A stretch of 64,000 bases of DNA from Lama glama. Taxonomy: Eukaryota. The stretch lies in the NCBI GenBank assembly GCA_028534125.1, contig CM052849.1:18414001-18478000 (forward strand). The letters are read 5' to 3'. The notes under the pieces are model-generated. The model did not search any database, was not told the DNA's origin, and worked only from the letters and a program-made list of their open reading frames with translations. Shown piece after piece: positions 11,371 through 24,179 of the stretch. Positions within the stretch are counted from its first letter, which is position 1. Each line of letters starts with the position of its first letter. Made by a program: the position numbers and the translations under genes.

Positions 11371-12019
11371 GCCTGGGACTGTTTGCTCCCTGGGTGAGAT
11401 GCACTCAGCAGAACTGTGAGAGGGGCTGGAAATCCCTCTCATTTCCACGGAGCTGCTCAGGGCAGGCTGGGGAGGCGGGTGCCTAGCAGAATGGCAGATA
11501 GGACCAGCAGAGCCTGCAAAGCCATTCAAACAAAGATGGAGCTTTTTCTAAGAGGCCTCAGGGAGAGGCTGAGGCACTAGCGTCTCAAACAGAATGGACC
11601 GTCCCCTGTGCCATCCATCTTCAGCGGTCCCTGGTGTGGACCAGGTGAGAGAGGAAGCAGCCCGTTGCCTAGGGAACACGGCGCATCCCTGACCAGTAAA
11701 CTCGTACTTATGAGCCAGGTGGTCTTGAACAAACGATTCACTGGACCCCACTCCCCACCACTGGCTGGGGGGGGCGGTGGAAACAGTCCACTCCATAGGG
11801 TTGTGGTTGTAGGATTTCCACGTGGTAAAACACACGAAGGGACGCGCTCTCCCCCCACTGGTGTCAACAGCGATCTTGGTGTCTCCCCCTCCCTCCTTTC
11901 CTGACCACCTCCCCGAAACAGCTGCCCTGACCAACGACTGTCTAGCAAATGACCCTTCTCGCTATGACATTGCTCTATGCAGCATGTATCACCTGCAGAC
12001 GCAGTAGAGCTCGGTGTGT

Positions 12020-12140
12020 TCAGGTCTCCCCTCGCGCCACGAGAAAGCAACCTCTGTAGAAGCAGGAACTGTTTCCTCCACCGCTAGAACATTCCTGGGA
12101 CCAGAGTCAGCACCCGATAAGCATTTGTTGACTGAATAAG
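12020..12140 (+). mobile_element. L2 3' end
   Basis: ctctgtagaagcaggaactgt...ctagaacattcctggga...gataagcatttgttgactgaat. Confidence 0.55.
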
Positions 12141-12242
12141 CGACGTCATCTGACCAGGTTACGTTTCATTGCAGTGTGGGGAGGCTGGGATTCAGAGCAG
12201 TAATTACTTGAAATTATCTCACAGATGAATATTATGTTCAGC

Positions 12243-12706
12243 TTTTATTTTTTGCTTTTTCTACCCAGTTTTATGGAGATATAATAGGCAGATTGTCTAA
12301 GTTTAAGGCATGCAATGGAGCGATTTTATGTATGTATATACTGTGAAACGATTCCTGCAGTAAAGTCAGTTAACACACCTGTCACCCGGCATGATTACAA
12401 TTTGTGTGTGTGTGTGTGTGTGGTGGGAACTTTTAAAATCTGCTCTCAGCAACTCTTAAATATGCAAGACACTATTGTTAACTACAGTCACCATGCTGAA
12501 CATGACGTCCCCAGCACACACCCATCTAATAACTGGAAGTTTGTACCCTTGACCCCCTGCACCCATTTTCCCCACCCTCCACCCCCGGCCTCTGGCAACC
12601 AGTCTCTTCCCTTTTTGTATGAATTTATTCCCCCCGTATAAGGAGAATCACTCAGCCAGGTGAGGGAAGGAAACCCTTGCCGTTCGTGACGACTGGGATG
12701 AGCCCT
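12243..12706 (-). mobile_element. L1MA-like 3' end with a short inverted 5' piece (~12640-12706 on +) and an internal (TG)n
   Basis: Antisense L1MA 3'UTR (actattgttaactacagtcaccatgctg...aactggaagtttgtaccc) followed by sense gaatcactcagcc...ccttgccgttcgtgacgactgggatgagcc. Confidence 0.7.
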
Positions 12707-13294
12707 TCGTGTTGTGTTTTCCTTTCTCCTGCCTGTAGTTTGTGCCGAGGGTGCAGTGAAGGCAGGCGAGCAGACCTGAGGCAGCAGCCGTCCAGTGTTC
12801 CTTAGCTTATTTCACGAGAGCTACCTGATCAGTGGGTTTATCAACAACTTCCATAAAAATGAATGAGTTTCATGGCTCCAGCGGAAGGAGGGGAAATTAA
12901 GGGAATGGGCGCTAACCCGTGTGCACGGATTTATTTCTGCTTTGTGACTGCAGAACATGAAGCAACACGCTAGACAATCCCTCGATAGACTGATACATGG
13001 GAACCAGATTTTTTTAAATGGAAAATTGATATAATTAGAAAGCTGTTAACTTCCCCCCCACTCCAACGTCATGGAGTAAGTAAGCCGCAGGGGACCTGTC
13101 CTTCAAAATAATTAAATTTCCAAATTAGCCTTTTGATTTGAGAAAGAAAGATATAATTTAATCATTTTGTTAAATTGAAGTATATAACTGTGAATACTTG
13201 GAGGCCCTGGTTCCTGTTTTTTTTTTTCCCCTCCCTGTAATTTTGGGAGCTTCAGAGCATGCAGCTGGCAATTACTGTGTGCTACACAGGCACC

Positions 13295-13405
13295 TCCTGT
13301 CTACAGAGTTTTGAGGTGGGTAGTACCGTATCCCATTCTCAGGTGGGGAAGCAAGGGTGCTCAAAGGTACAGCTCCTCACAGCCCTGGTGTTTGAATTCC
13401 TGTTG
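13295..13405 (-). mobile_element. MIR fragment
   Basis: tttgaggtgggtagtaccgtatcccattctcaggtggggaagcaaggg...tttgaattcc. Confidence 0.55.
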
Positions 13406-13729
13406 TGTTATTCACTGCGCTGTCCTGGTAAATAAATACATAGACAAGGGACTGGATATTTGATGAAGCCTCAGGCAGAAAGAGCCAGAATCCTTGAGGA
13501 GGGCTGAGTGGAGGGGCCCCTGACTTTCCAGACGACTTCCTCTGGTCACAGCTGTGGGATTCCAGGAGCAAACTGCATTGAGACCACTGACTCCGGCTCC
13601 TCTCAGTGTACTTTGTGCTTCCTTCTGGAAGTTCTTGCTTAGGAAGACCTTTCAGTGTTTCCTCATCTTGCTCAGCCCAGAGAGACGCTTTGCAGGTGCT
13701 GGTGACAGTGCATGCCTTAGGTGACAGTG

Positions 13730-14050
13730 GCAAGGGATGGCACTGGTTCCACCAGCAGGTGGACCCAGGCACCCAGGGAATTAGGATTCTGGCTTTCTCT
13801 CTCCCTCTCTCTCTCTCTCTCTCCGTCTCTGAGCTCCACTTTCTTCTGCGTTGCCTTCCTTTTAAGGCAGTTTCCTCATCTGTTCAAAGCCAGCCCACCA
13901 GCATCTCTGGATTATCTTCCACCAGCTTAGCATCCAGGAGAGCGATTATATAGAAGGTTCTACCAAATAGCCTGGTGGGTACCATTTCACATTCATTGGC
14001 CACAGTTAGGTCACACCTCCTCCTGTACTGATGGGAGCAGGGAGCCCGCG
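13730..14050 (-). mobile_element. MaLR LTR fragment (MLT1J/K-like)
   Basis: ggacccaggcacccag...(CT)n...ctgagctccactttcttctgcgttg...cattggccacagttaggtcacacc. Confidence 0.5.
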
Positions 14051-14320
14051 GTACCATCACCGACCACCCTGACAAGTTCAAAATTGCTTATAATTGTTCA
14101 TAGTTCCATACGAGCTTCTTTTTTCTAACATAAAACACCTTACCCTCATTATGTAACTCAGCAGATGTTTATTTGTAGCCTGGTAAGTGCCAGCCACTAA
14201 TGGATATCAGTTGTGACAATATTAAGAAACCTTCACTTCTTAAAGTTTTCTGCTCTTCAGAACACTTTGGTGTGTACTGTCTGCTGTCATCCGGCAGCTC
14301 GTGTGATGTGGAAGGCTGGA

Positions 14321-14781
14321 TGCGTTAATTTCCTCTTCTACTGTAACAGATTACTACAAATTTAGGGGCTTAAAGCAACACACATTTATTATCTTACAGT
14401 TTTGTATGCTAGAATCCAGCAAAGATCTTACTGGCTTAAAATCCAGATGTCAGCAGAGCTCTATTCCTTCTGGAGGCTTGGGGTAGGGGGCCCATTTCCT
14501 TGCCCTCCCACCTTCTAGAAGCTAGTCACCGTCTTCATCTCACTCCACCTTGGAAGCCGGCCGTCGGGGGTCTAGTCCTCCGTCCCGGTAACTCTTCTGA
14601 CCTCTCTTCCACATGTAAGGACCTTATGATCACATTGGGATGATCTCCCCATCTCAGGGTCATCTGATTAGTAACCTTAATTCCGTCTGCACCCTCCATT
14701 GCTCTTTTCCAGATAACCTAGCCTGTTTGCAGTAGGGAGGACCATGGGGAGGTCCAGAAGGGCCAATATTCAACCCACTAG
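14321..14781 (-). mobile_element. MaLR solo LTR (MLT1C/D-like)
   Basis: tgcgttaatttcctc...tgtaacagattactacaaatttaggggcttaaagcaacacacatttatt...aaggaccttatgatcacattggg...attcaacccactaga is a near full-length antisense MLT1D. Confidence 0.8.
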
Positions 14782-14949
14782 AGTGGGACAGGAACTTGAC
14801 CTAAGGAGCCACAGGAAAACAGAGTGACAAGCCAGACTGCATGAGTCAGGAGCAGAATCTCACTAGCCTGCTGTCCTGGTTTTATCTCCACTCTATCTTC
14901 CCTTGAAAATGATGAGATTTTAAAATTTTCATTTCATGTTATTTTCTAG

Positions 14950-17000
14950 TAGAAATACCCCAAAGTGCAACTGTTTCACGACATAGCTGTCTGGACGTCA
15001 AGGAGTTTGTGCAAAAGCAAAAGGCACGTTATCCTTTCTTTTATTTCCATGCGGGGGTTGTGAGTTAGTGTGCTGGTGTCAAGAATCCAGCATCATTTAT
15101 GGTGCCGCGCAGCTGTGAGCTTTCATCCATGGCTCCCCTAAGATTTTCTGTGTAGTCAGTGAAGCCAAATTTGCTTTGGGAAACATTTTCCAACAGCGGT
15201 GAGTAGCCAAGACAGGGATGGCTTCATAAGTCCTTGGCTTTAAACTACAATTTATTTTATCTTTCAATCACCATTTCTGGAAGGCATGCAGAAGTTAAAA
15301 AAAAATCCCAGTTTGCTGGTTAGAGCCGAGAAAACCCCATGGCAGAGGCACACGCCTGTGAAATGGATTGTGGAATTGGATCCAGCAGCAAATTTCTTTC
15401 TCCTCTAATCTCTGGGCATGAGCCACCGCACGATGGCTCTTGATGAGCTGTACCTTAAAAGCACCTTTAATTGTTATTAAAGTTTGGAAAGCAAGAAAGA
15501 GCAGAGAGAAGTAGTAAGCGAGAGATGCTGCATCGTGTCATTTTGAAAATGAACTGTGACGGGGGGTCTTAGCTGGAGGAGCGGCTCCTTCTCCGGATGC
15601 ACTAATTATTTGTAAGACTGGAGCAACATGGTTTGTGTCCTCTGACAGCTTTTAAGTGTGTGCTTTCCTCTGGGGGCCTTGTTTTGCTTTTTTAAAACTG
15701 GTCTCCCCTTGCAATCACAGTCAGTTTCTCTAAATGCGCTTTTTCACGGAGAATGGATCAAAGCAGAAAGATCTGTTCTTGTCCAACAGACGCAATGTTG
15801 AATAGAAGGCCCTCCTTCTAACCCCGTCAGCTGTCAACCCGAGTATCTTCCTGGAAGGTAAAAGCTACAGATTGCAGCTAGTGGACTCGTGCACGGCTGC
15901 GCCACGCTGATAATTCTGATTGTTCCCCTACTTGGAGGTGAGGCCGGATGACATCAAAGTGTCTGAGGGTGACAGTAAGTCCTCTGTCAGTTCTCCTTTC
16001 CCTCCCCTGGTTCTTTTGAATTTGGGGGATTTTTTTTTTTTTTTTACAGATGGGATGTCTCTTTGAGGCGAACGTAGCATCTTCCTTCGATACTGAGAGC
16101 AAGCATGGCAGCTGGAGGCTCTGGAACTTGCACTGAGGGCGGGGTTAGTTTTATGGAGGATTGAACGTGAATGTTCGAGACAGGTCTCAGCCTTCCACAT
16201 ACATAATAGCAAAAAACGGTTTGGTAGTTTTTTAGAGGCTAAAACCTGATGGAATCCTGGAAGCTTAATGACATTTTTCTACTTTACAAAAGGTCTATGT
16301 AAGAAGTTTATAAAAAGCAAATTAACCATCTTAGCATACCCTCCATGACGAGACCAAAGAAGAAAACCAAAGACCAGAAATTCATGCAGGAATGCAAGAA
16401 TGTTTCTACAAATAATGAGACACTCAAAGATCCAGGGCAATTTGGGGGAACACAACACCGTGAAAGAGAGAGCATAAATGTACCAACAGGGGGTGTTCAT
16501 GGGTTTCCATTCAAAGCTCCCCGAGCAGCCCCGAGAGCTGACGGGCTCCTGCAGGTCAACCTGTATCCGGGGGAGTTTCTGGCCCACTGGTCCTGACCAC
16601 TGTGCATGAATTTTGCAGGCAAATAAGGCATAAAGACCTGTACCAACTCTGCAAACGCTTCCAAACTTAACGAGTGCATCACGCCACAGTAACAGAGGAG
16701 CTGCGCCGGACTCTAGAACAAATGAAGCCACCATCAAAAAGTCTTTCTCTCTCTCTCCCTCTCAAGCCCAGACTCCCATCAAAAGGTGGAAGACAAATTT
16801 GAAGAGATGAATCCACATGTATTCTGCCAGGCATCAGACGCTTCTAATTAGCTGTCTGTGAGGCACAAAACAATATTTGGAGGACACTTCAAGACACAAA
16901 TAAAAAATTTAAAAGCAGCCACTGGAAAGGACGTCATGAGACGGATGAAAGAGGGAGCCGCCATCGCAACATCTTAATGGGCCGAATAACAGCTCTAATA
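14950..17000. promoter_or_regulatory. Repeat-free block with clustered TCF/LEF, MEIS and homeodomain motifs (candidate enhancer)
   Basis: ATCAAAG 15757-15763, ACATCAAAG 15951-15959, TTCAAAG 16510-16516, TGACAG 15643-15648, CAGCTGTCA 15828-15836, TAATTA near 15603 and 16845. Confidence 0.35.
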
Positions 17001-18309
17001 GATGTGCCGGAGGGAAGCTTTCTGTCCCCACCGCCACCACCATTTTGGGGCGGGGGGAGGAGGAGGGAGGGGAGCAGAGATACAAGACCACAGACCTCCA
17101 GCACAAGCAACTGAATTTCGTCAGTTCTTCTAAAGTGCATTTCTCTGGTAAACTTTACAAATTAGGATATGAATGCTTTTGAGTTGGTAACCTTCTGTAA
17201 TTCATTCTCACATCTCAAAGTGATCATAAAATACGTAGTAATTTTAAAAGGAGGGCATGAATTTAAGTTGGATTTAAAACATACTGGGAGGGAGCGTGTC
17301 CAGGCCACGAAGACACAGGTTGGTCACCTGCGTGGGGTGGATGACAGCTTGGTTCTAAAACACCCTCGACATTCCAGACAGAATGAGGTCCCATCCACCC
17401 ACCCCAAATACAAAAAACGGTGTGATGAGGAAGACTGGTTTTGTAATGTTCCTCACGAACCATTTCACACCATTTTGCTCGAGCCTCAACATGGTGTATG
17501 AGATCCGAGTCAGTTTTTAGATTCCTCCCCAGTTACGTGCGTGAGAAAGTCAGGCTTTAAATAGCCGTGGTTCCTAGGCGACGGATGCCCCAACTTGTGT
17601 CAGCTTTCTGAATTAAGCAACTATTATATTACTACTTAAAAAGATATTTCCTTTCATTCTCTTACACTGCACGTCGCATTTTTGCTTACTTTCTTTTACT
17701 CCTTTTTTATCACAGTCTTTCCCCAGATACGAACCAAAACACACCGTCATGTGATTACGGCACGGGGCAGGGTTGGTTTTATGTTAGATTAGCAAACGTT
17801 GCCAACTTAAAAGCCAGCTTGAATTTCACAAGTTTTATACCCACACGTGTTCAGCAGCAACATTAAGAGAAGCTTAGCCGACGTCTGACATGGTACCGTG
17901 ATACCCCAGCATTTCCTGCGATGATGGTAGGGTTCTGTATCTGTGCTGCTGGTCAGGGTCGCCACGAGCCCCGCATGCTTGTCACTGAGAGAGGACTTAA
18001 CTCGCAGTCATCCGGTCCCGTTCCCCGCAGGTTTAGGCTGGTCCATCATACGGATCTCCTTTTCACCGTGAAGTCTGTGACTGTCAGGAAGCCGCAGGAA
18101 AAGCCTCATTTGAAATGCCCAGACCCCTCAGGTGACGCCTGGGAGCCGTGGAGGGGGCACCCCCGCCCACGTGTCCCCTGGGCGGGTGCCGGGATGCAGG
18201 TTCGCGGGGCCTGCCTAACACCCCACGGCCGCAGCCTCCGATGCTGCCTGCGGAGACCCTCGCGGGCTGCTCTCCTCCGTCCCGGCCTCCGATGCTAACG
18301 GTTCTGTGA

Positions 18310-18425
18310 TCCGCTGAACCAGCCTATCCTCACCCCGCCTTAAAGGGGATGAGCCTAGGCTGAGTGAGGTTTAGTGAATCACCAGAGGCCACACCGGTAG
18401 TTTCGGACCGAATCGCATCTAACCC
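18310..18425 (-). mobile_element. MIR fragment
   Basis: ggggatgagcctaggctgagtgaggtttagtgaatcaccagaggccacaccggtag. Confidence 0.5.
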
Positions 18426-18519
18426 CCACCCCCACCCCGTGCGATCAGGACTCCCATCGTTACAAACGACAGGAGACCCGACTCTTGACGCCTTGGGTAA
18501 CAAAGATCATTGTCTGCTC

Positions 18520-19175
18520 ATGGAGCTAAAAAGCCCGGTGACTTACGTCCACACCAAATCTTGCACGGGGAGGGCGAGAACAGCCTTGCTCATGATTGCC
18601 CAAGCGTGGAGGCGGCCAAGGTGTCCTGCAGCGGGTGAATGGATAAACACACTGTGGTCTGTCCAGACAAAGGAACGGTGTTCAGGGCTAAAACGAAATG
18701 AGGTCTCAGGCCATGAAAAGACATAAAGGAGACGCGAATGCACGTTCCTCAGTGAAGAAGGCAGTCAGAAAGTCCTACGTGCTGTATGATTCCAACAATA
18801 TGCCGTTCTGGAAAAGGCAAGCTCAGGGGGACAGTGGGATCACTGGTTGCCAGGAGTTGGTGGGGAGGGCTGAACAGTTGGAACGCAGGATTTTTAGGGC
18901 AGTGAATCACCAGATACGAGAATGATAGAATAACATGGTCGTATATTTGCCAAAATTTGTAGAACACACGGTTAGAGTGAACTCTGTGGACTTCGGGCAG
19001 CAATGATGTGTCAGAGCAGGTTGGATGATTGTAACAAATGCAGGATGTTGACAGTTGGGGGAGGCTGTGCACGTGCCTGGGCAGGGGTACATGGGAAATC
19101 TCTGTCCTTTCTGCTCAAATTTTGTTGCAAGCCTAAAACTTCTCTAAAAACCAAAAAGTCTATAAAAAAGAAACT
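18520..19175 (+). mobile_element. L1MC1-like ORF2 end plus 3'UTR
   Basis: acttacgtccacaccaaatcttgcac...ggtgaatggataaacacactgtgg...ttctggaaaaggcaa...gggaaatctctgtcctttctgctcaaattttgttgcaagcctaaaacttctctaaaaa. Confidence 0.8.
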
Positions 19176-19899
19176 AAAACCCAGGCACAGCGGGGTCTCC
19201 GGTCTTATGCGTTTCTGTCAGCCTCTTCACCGTCTCTTGGCTCTGCCTCCTCCTGCGCCTCTGGCGGACTTTCTTCCTGTGCCCACACCTGGCAGCTCCA
19301 GGCCCACCTCCCTGCAGTCCTAAATCCCAAAAGAACAGAGAGCTGCGCCTTACTGACAGTTCTTGCAAGCGCCCTTTAATGTCCTGCACATGCTGCCCTG
19401 TCCCCCTCGGGTCTCACGGGCTCCTCTGCACAGGTGGGCGGGACGTCCTGATGGGCTGGGCCGAGGCCGTGTGCCCCATCCTGTGCTGGGAAGCGGGGGC
19501 AGCCCCGCCCACACTGTGTGGAAGAGAGCAGGGCCGGGATTACAGCTACTCGGGAACCGGCTCGTGGGCCCTGCGATGACCCTTTATCGATGGGTGTTCT
19601 CCTGGTGCAGGACGGCTCCGTTCCCGGACCCTGCCTCCAGCCTGGGGGCGCTCGTCCCCGGGCACTCAGGAACTGTTTGCTTATCATGAGGCCTCTGAAC
19701 AGGGATCCTTGAGACTCCTGGAGGACAATGGCAGCGGTGAGCTGTTGCATGAGCCTGGGCAGGTGCCTGGAAGGAGGGCCTGTCCGCTGCACTGTCCGTC
19801 TGGAGGCTGTGTGTCTAATTAGGACTATGGTCTACGATCATTCAACTAGAAAGTGACTAGTTTGCGCTTTCTAAACTACTTTCAAAATGTGATCTTGGA

Positions 19900-20350
19900 A
19901 CGGAATAAAAAGTTGGGCTTGAGCAGAACAGCTATGGCCAGGTTCCCTCCTGCGACCACGTTGACTTCTCAAGAACTGGTGTATTTTAACGATCCCTGTG
20001 GTAGAGAGACAGCCCATTCCCTGCGGTGTAAGGAAGCATCCTGGTCAGATGGCTGGGAAAATAATTAGGACAATAAATACAAATGTAATTTAAATGAGGC
20101 TATTAAGTGTTGAAGCCTGACATTTACTATCTAGCAATATTAGTTATATGTGTAATGAACCATTGCACTAAAAACAAAATGATGATAGATCAGCGAGGGT
20201 AATTTAAAGCATCCCATTTACCCCACACGTCGTTTGCAGCTCCCCTCTCTGGCTAATAAGTCTGTTAAGCATAATAGCCATTTGTGGCTGGTGGTGTTTA
20301 ATCACGTTTTGAACATGACTATCAGCGTGTATCAGCAGTAAACGGCACGA
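19900..20350. promoter_or_regulatory. Candidate conserved non-coding element
   Basis: AT-rich unique block with TAATTA, TAATTT, TAATGA and TAATCA cores, abruptly embedded in GC-rich DNA. Confidence 0.3.
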
Positions 20351-21230
20351 GCTTCCAGCAGAGGAATGACTGAGATGAGGCCGTCTGTATGCAGGAGCTT
20401 CTGCACCCTGTGATTTACACATCAGCCTGGCTGGCCCTGGGCAGAGGAGCTCAGAGAGCGGCATTCAGGGCTCAGATGAGTTCAGATGGATGTTTGCTGC
20501 TAGGACTTGATGCCCTGCAGGAGGAAGAGGAGCCCCGGGAAGGCACTCATCACTGCAGGAGGTAAGGCTTGCAGAGGCTCCCCGACTCTGAGGTCCAGTC
20601 CTGACGCTCTGAGTCCTTTCATGCTGAGGAGACATTAGCACTGGGATCCAGCTGGATTAACCCCGGAGGAGGCGTGACAGCAGTGCAGGGCTCGTTAGCG
20701 CATTTCCTGGGACGGTGAATACCGTCCGTGGCTTTGAACTCCCCAAACTGTGTCAACACCTGGAGACTGAGTTCTCTAGTTCCTTTAGCAGCTGAGATGT
20801 CTCTTGCTGCTCATTCGTACCAGTGGTCAGTCAGTCAGATCTCTGCACCCAAGAAAGACCAAAGTTGAACATGCTCCCTAGAAAATGCAGCCAGTGCTTG
20901 GATTGTGCAATATTTTACCAAACGGACTTAACCACCGATGGCCTGGATCTCCTGGGTGTCCCTACAGGGGGTCCACAGGGCAGCCAGCCCCGTCTTCATC
21001 CCCTGCTTCCTACTTGTCTCTTTCCATCTGTGTCCTCACGTCAGGGTGTGTGTGTGTGGGTTGCTCGGACAGGACATGCTGCTGCTACCCCAGGACCTTT
21101 GCTCCTGATGTTCCCACGTCTCCAGCCCTGAGACTGCAGCTCAAGTATCAGGCTCTCAGAGAAGCTTCCCTTCTTAACTGTGTCCAAATTTTCCATCTCT
21201 CCTTCCCGTCTTTGTCTTTGCATTAGCTCT

Positions 21231-21604
21231 GTATCAGGTAAACAGGCTAGTTTATGCTGGTGTCAAACAACCTTAAAGTCTCCGTGGCCTTAAGTAACAC
21301 GGACTTATTTCTCGCTCTGGCCTCGGGGCCATCTCAGGTCAGCTGGGTGACTCTGATGGCCGCAGCTGCTCAGGGGACGAGGCTGAAGCAGTAGCCACCA
21401 TGTTGAATGTCACTGGTCCTCGGAGGGTCTTGTACTGGCAACGAAACGATCCTCCCTGCAAGGCGGACACGCCACCTCTGCTCATAACGTGGTCAGAGGA
21501 ACAGCCACAGGGCCACCCAGCCGCAGGGCCAGGAGGCACGCTCCCGGCGTGGGCAGAGCAGGCTGAGACTGGAGGTGTCCGAGAAGGTCGCTCCTGCTTA
21601 CCAC
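21231..21604 (-). mobile_element. MaLR LTR (MLT1I/J2-like)
   Basis: tgtatcaggtaaacaggctagtttatgctg...ggacttatttctcgctc...gctcaggggacgaggctgaag...ctctgctcataacgtggtcagag...cttaccac. Confidence 0.65.
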
Positions 21605-21634
21605 GCCCACTGTCTACTCATCACCTCCTTTACC

Positions 21635-21760
21635 TTTTGTCTGCTGGTGACTTGTCTCCTCCCACGAAACTACAAGGAGCAGGGGCCACCCTTGCCGTGT
21701 TCTCCGCTGCCCACCCGGAGCCTAGCACGGAGCCGGGCACGTAGTAGTTGTTGAGTGTTG
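21635..21760 (+). mobile_element. L2 3' end, GC-shifted
   Basis: tgtctcctcccacgaaac...gcctagcacggagccgggcacgtagtagttgttgag. Confidence 0.6.
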
Positions 21761-22822
21761 CCCGTGGGTCTGCTGGGCGTGTGTCCTGGCGCACCCGTGT
21801 GTCGACTGGCGTTGGTGACTGTGTGTCTTCAGGGTCTCGTTTCAACCTAGGTGTGTTGGCCTGGACTTCTAGCTTCTAATAGTACGCACCTCTCACAAGG
21901 CAGCGCCCAGCAGACCACGTGTTCTGTTTCTGTGTTCGAGGAGTGTGATCTCCCGACTCTCACTGCCCTCGTGAGGGCCGGTCTGTCTGCCTGGAGCAGG
22001 GGCCAAGCAGGATTTTGCTCAGGGACTCCACGGTTTTCAAAAGCTCCGGCTCTCAGGGGTCTGACCTTGACTGTTCAAAGCTGGAGTCGAAAGCAGCTCC
22101 TGGTGGAGTCTTGGGGCCGGAGACCCGACACCCCAGGGCTGTGCCTGGATCCAGGGCACTCTCGACCCTCCCCTGTGGCCGCACTTTGGGCACAAAGCGG
22201 AGGCGGGCTTATAGTGACAAAGGTCGGCCTCCCCGTGGGCGGCCCCTTGTCAGTGCAGCGGGGCCGAGCCACCTTTCCTTCTGGGGCCTTCCTCCTCCGG
22301 AGTCTGGCCGGACGCCGACTCCCGTTCGGATTTTGCCGTGGCCTGGAACTCTTACCGGGTTGGGAACTGCACTACCGATGCTGTCTCTGAAGTCGACTTT
22401 TACCAGCCCTGTTACGTGTTCTGGAACACCGAGTGCATTCACTTTCCCCCCTCCTGGAACCCAGACAAACAGCTCCTCATGGAACCACAAGGAGGCCGTC
22501 TTCTGTCCTGAGCTACTTTCTCATCTCCCGTAGCTGGACCCACGAGCAAGTCTTAGGAGGCAGAAGAGACACATACCGCTTTGTATCACTATCTGCTGTC
22601 ACCTCTCACAGGCATTTGACTCATAGTTACTCAGTTAAAACAAGTACATTTTCCTAATAAAACTATCGCAGGCGCACTTGCGGGCGCACCGCCGCCTATG
22701 GCGTTGCAGAGCTGTTGGCTGGGTGGAACCATCAAAGGATAAGAGAAAAAACAAAGTTACAGGCACGTAACCCTTTCTGACTGGGTGGTTGGCTCAGATT
22801 CCTTTAGAAGAATTATCCTAGG

Positions 22823-23035
22823 TCAGTAGCTTGTAAATGGGGGCATTCTGTCCCCAGGAGGACAGTGGGCAGCCCGTGGCTGTGCTGTTGGTCGTCACAC
22901 TGGGGTGTCCCTGGTGTCCAGTGGGTAGGAGTGAGGGAAACCACTGACCATCCTACGATGCACAGGACAGCCCCGCTTACGAAAAGCCAACGGCCCAGTC
23001 TGTCAGATCAGCCGCACGCAGGCTGAGAAAGCCTG
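22823..23035. mobile_element. MER20 (hAT-Charlie MITE)
   Basis: cagtagcttgtaaatggggggcattctgtccccagg...catcctacgatgcacaggacagcccc...gctgagaaagcctg. Confidence 0.75.
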
Positions 23036-23714
23036 GCTTACAAGAACGAACTCGGGACTTTTGTAATTAACACAACAAGCGCAGTGGGAGACGTGACCGA
23101 ATTCGTGGGTTTCCATTAATTGGCGACGGTGGATTTCATCTCTTCTGAAGGCGAGTTCATCACCTTAGGACTGTTTACACACTTTGGCTTCATAAGAGCC
23201 AGCAGATCCTTCCACTGAATTTCTGCCCAGAAGAGAAGTGTTGTAGAGACCCCAGGTTAATTGAACATGCTAAGAATTCGGGTTTGCTTTCTGAGTCAAA
23301 TGACAGTCAGAATACCGTTCCACCCGCGGGCTACTTGTAGCTGCTTCACCAAACCCCTCAGGTTCCTCGGGGCCGGAGTCGCCGTTCAGGTTTGTCCCTG
23401 TAACCTCAGTGCCCTTGCACTTAGAGGGTGCGCGGGACATGTCTTTGCTTTGAACTATAGGTTTTGAGTAGTTTATTTTATTCTCCTTTTTTCTTGAATA
23501 TATGTATGTAAGTCTGCATATGTGCATATTAAATGCACATGTGTGTATGTGTGCATATGCACACGTGTATGTAGGTATTCATGTGAGTGTGTGTGTGTTT
23601 TCTTCTTTTGGTCTTGTATCTAAATTCTGTCTTAGCTCATTGGTATTCCTAAGGTGCTGTGAGCTCTGGATTTTGTTTTTGGAGCACGTTGGTGTTCCCT
23701 GTTCTCTGTGATGC

Positions 23715-24125
23715 CCCAGGGAAACATACACATGTGTATTATCACTGGATCGTACGGTAACGCCGTGGTTAACCACTTAAGGACTGCGTTCCAAAGCGGT
23801 TGCGCCAATTCAGTTCCCACTGGCAGTTACGAGCGCCCACCTTCTCCTCACCAGCACTTGTTAGCGTCCATCTGACCACACACGCCGGCCGTGTTCGGGG
23901 TTACCTCACTGCAGTTTTTCTTTACTCTTCCCCGATGGCTAATAATGTGGAGCCTTTTTTCTCTTGTGCTCATTGCCAATTTGTGTATTTTCTTCCGAGA
24001 AATGTCTATTCCAGCCCTGTGCCCATTTTTATGTTAGGTGATTTTATGATTGAGTTATAATCATTCTTTTCAGATTCTAGATACAGGTTTGATTTGAAAA
24101 AATTTTCACCATTCGGTGGCTTATC
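23715..24125 (-). mobile_element. Old L1 ORF2 3' fragment
   Basis: ggatcgtacggtaac...ttccaaagcggttgcgccaatt...gatggctaataatgtggagc...gagaaatgtctattc. The minus-strand ORF LAQPLWNAV...LPYDPVI is L1 ORF2-like. Confidence 0.75.
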
Positions 24126-24179
24126 GTGGTACTAGGCCCTTGTTTATGTTTCCTCGGTAGAATTCATAGGAGTCGCTGA

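Noticed and set aside
15790-15857. AG...GT-bounded 68-nt segment (similar segment at ~41990-42090)
   Set aside because: Weak donors and stop codons in all three frames, with no independent support.
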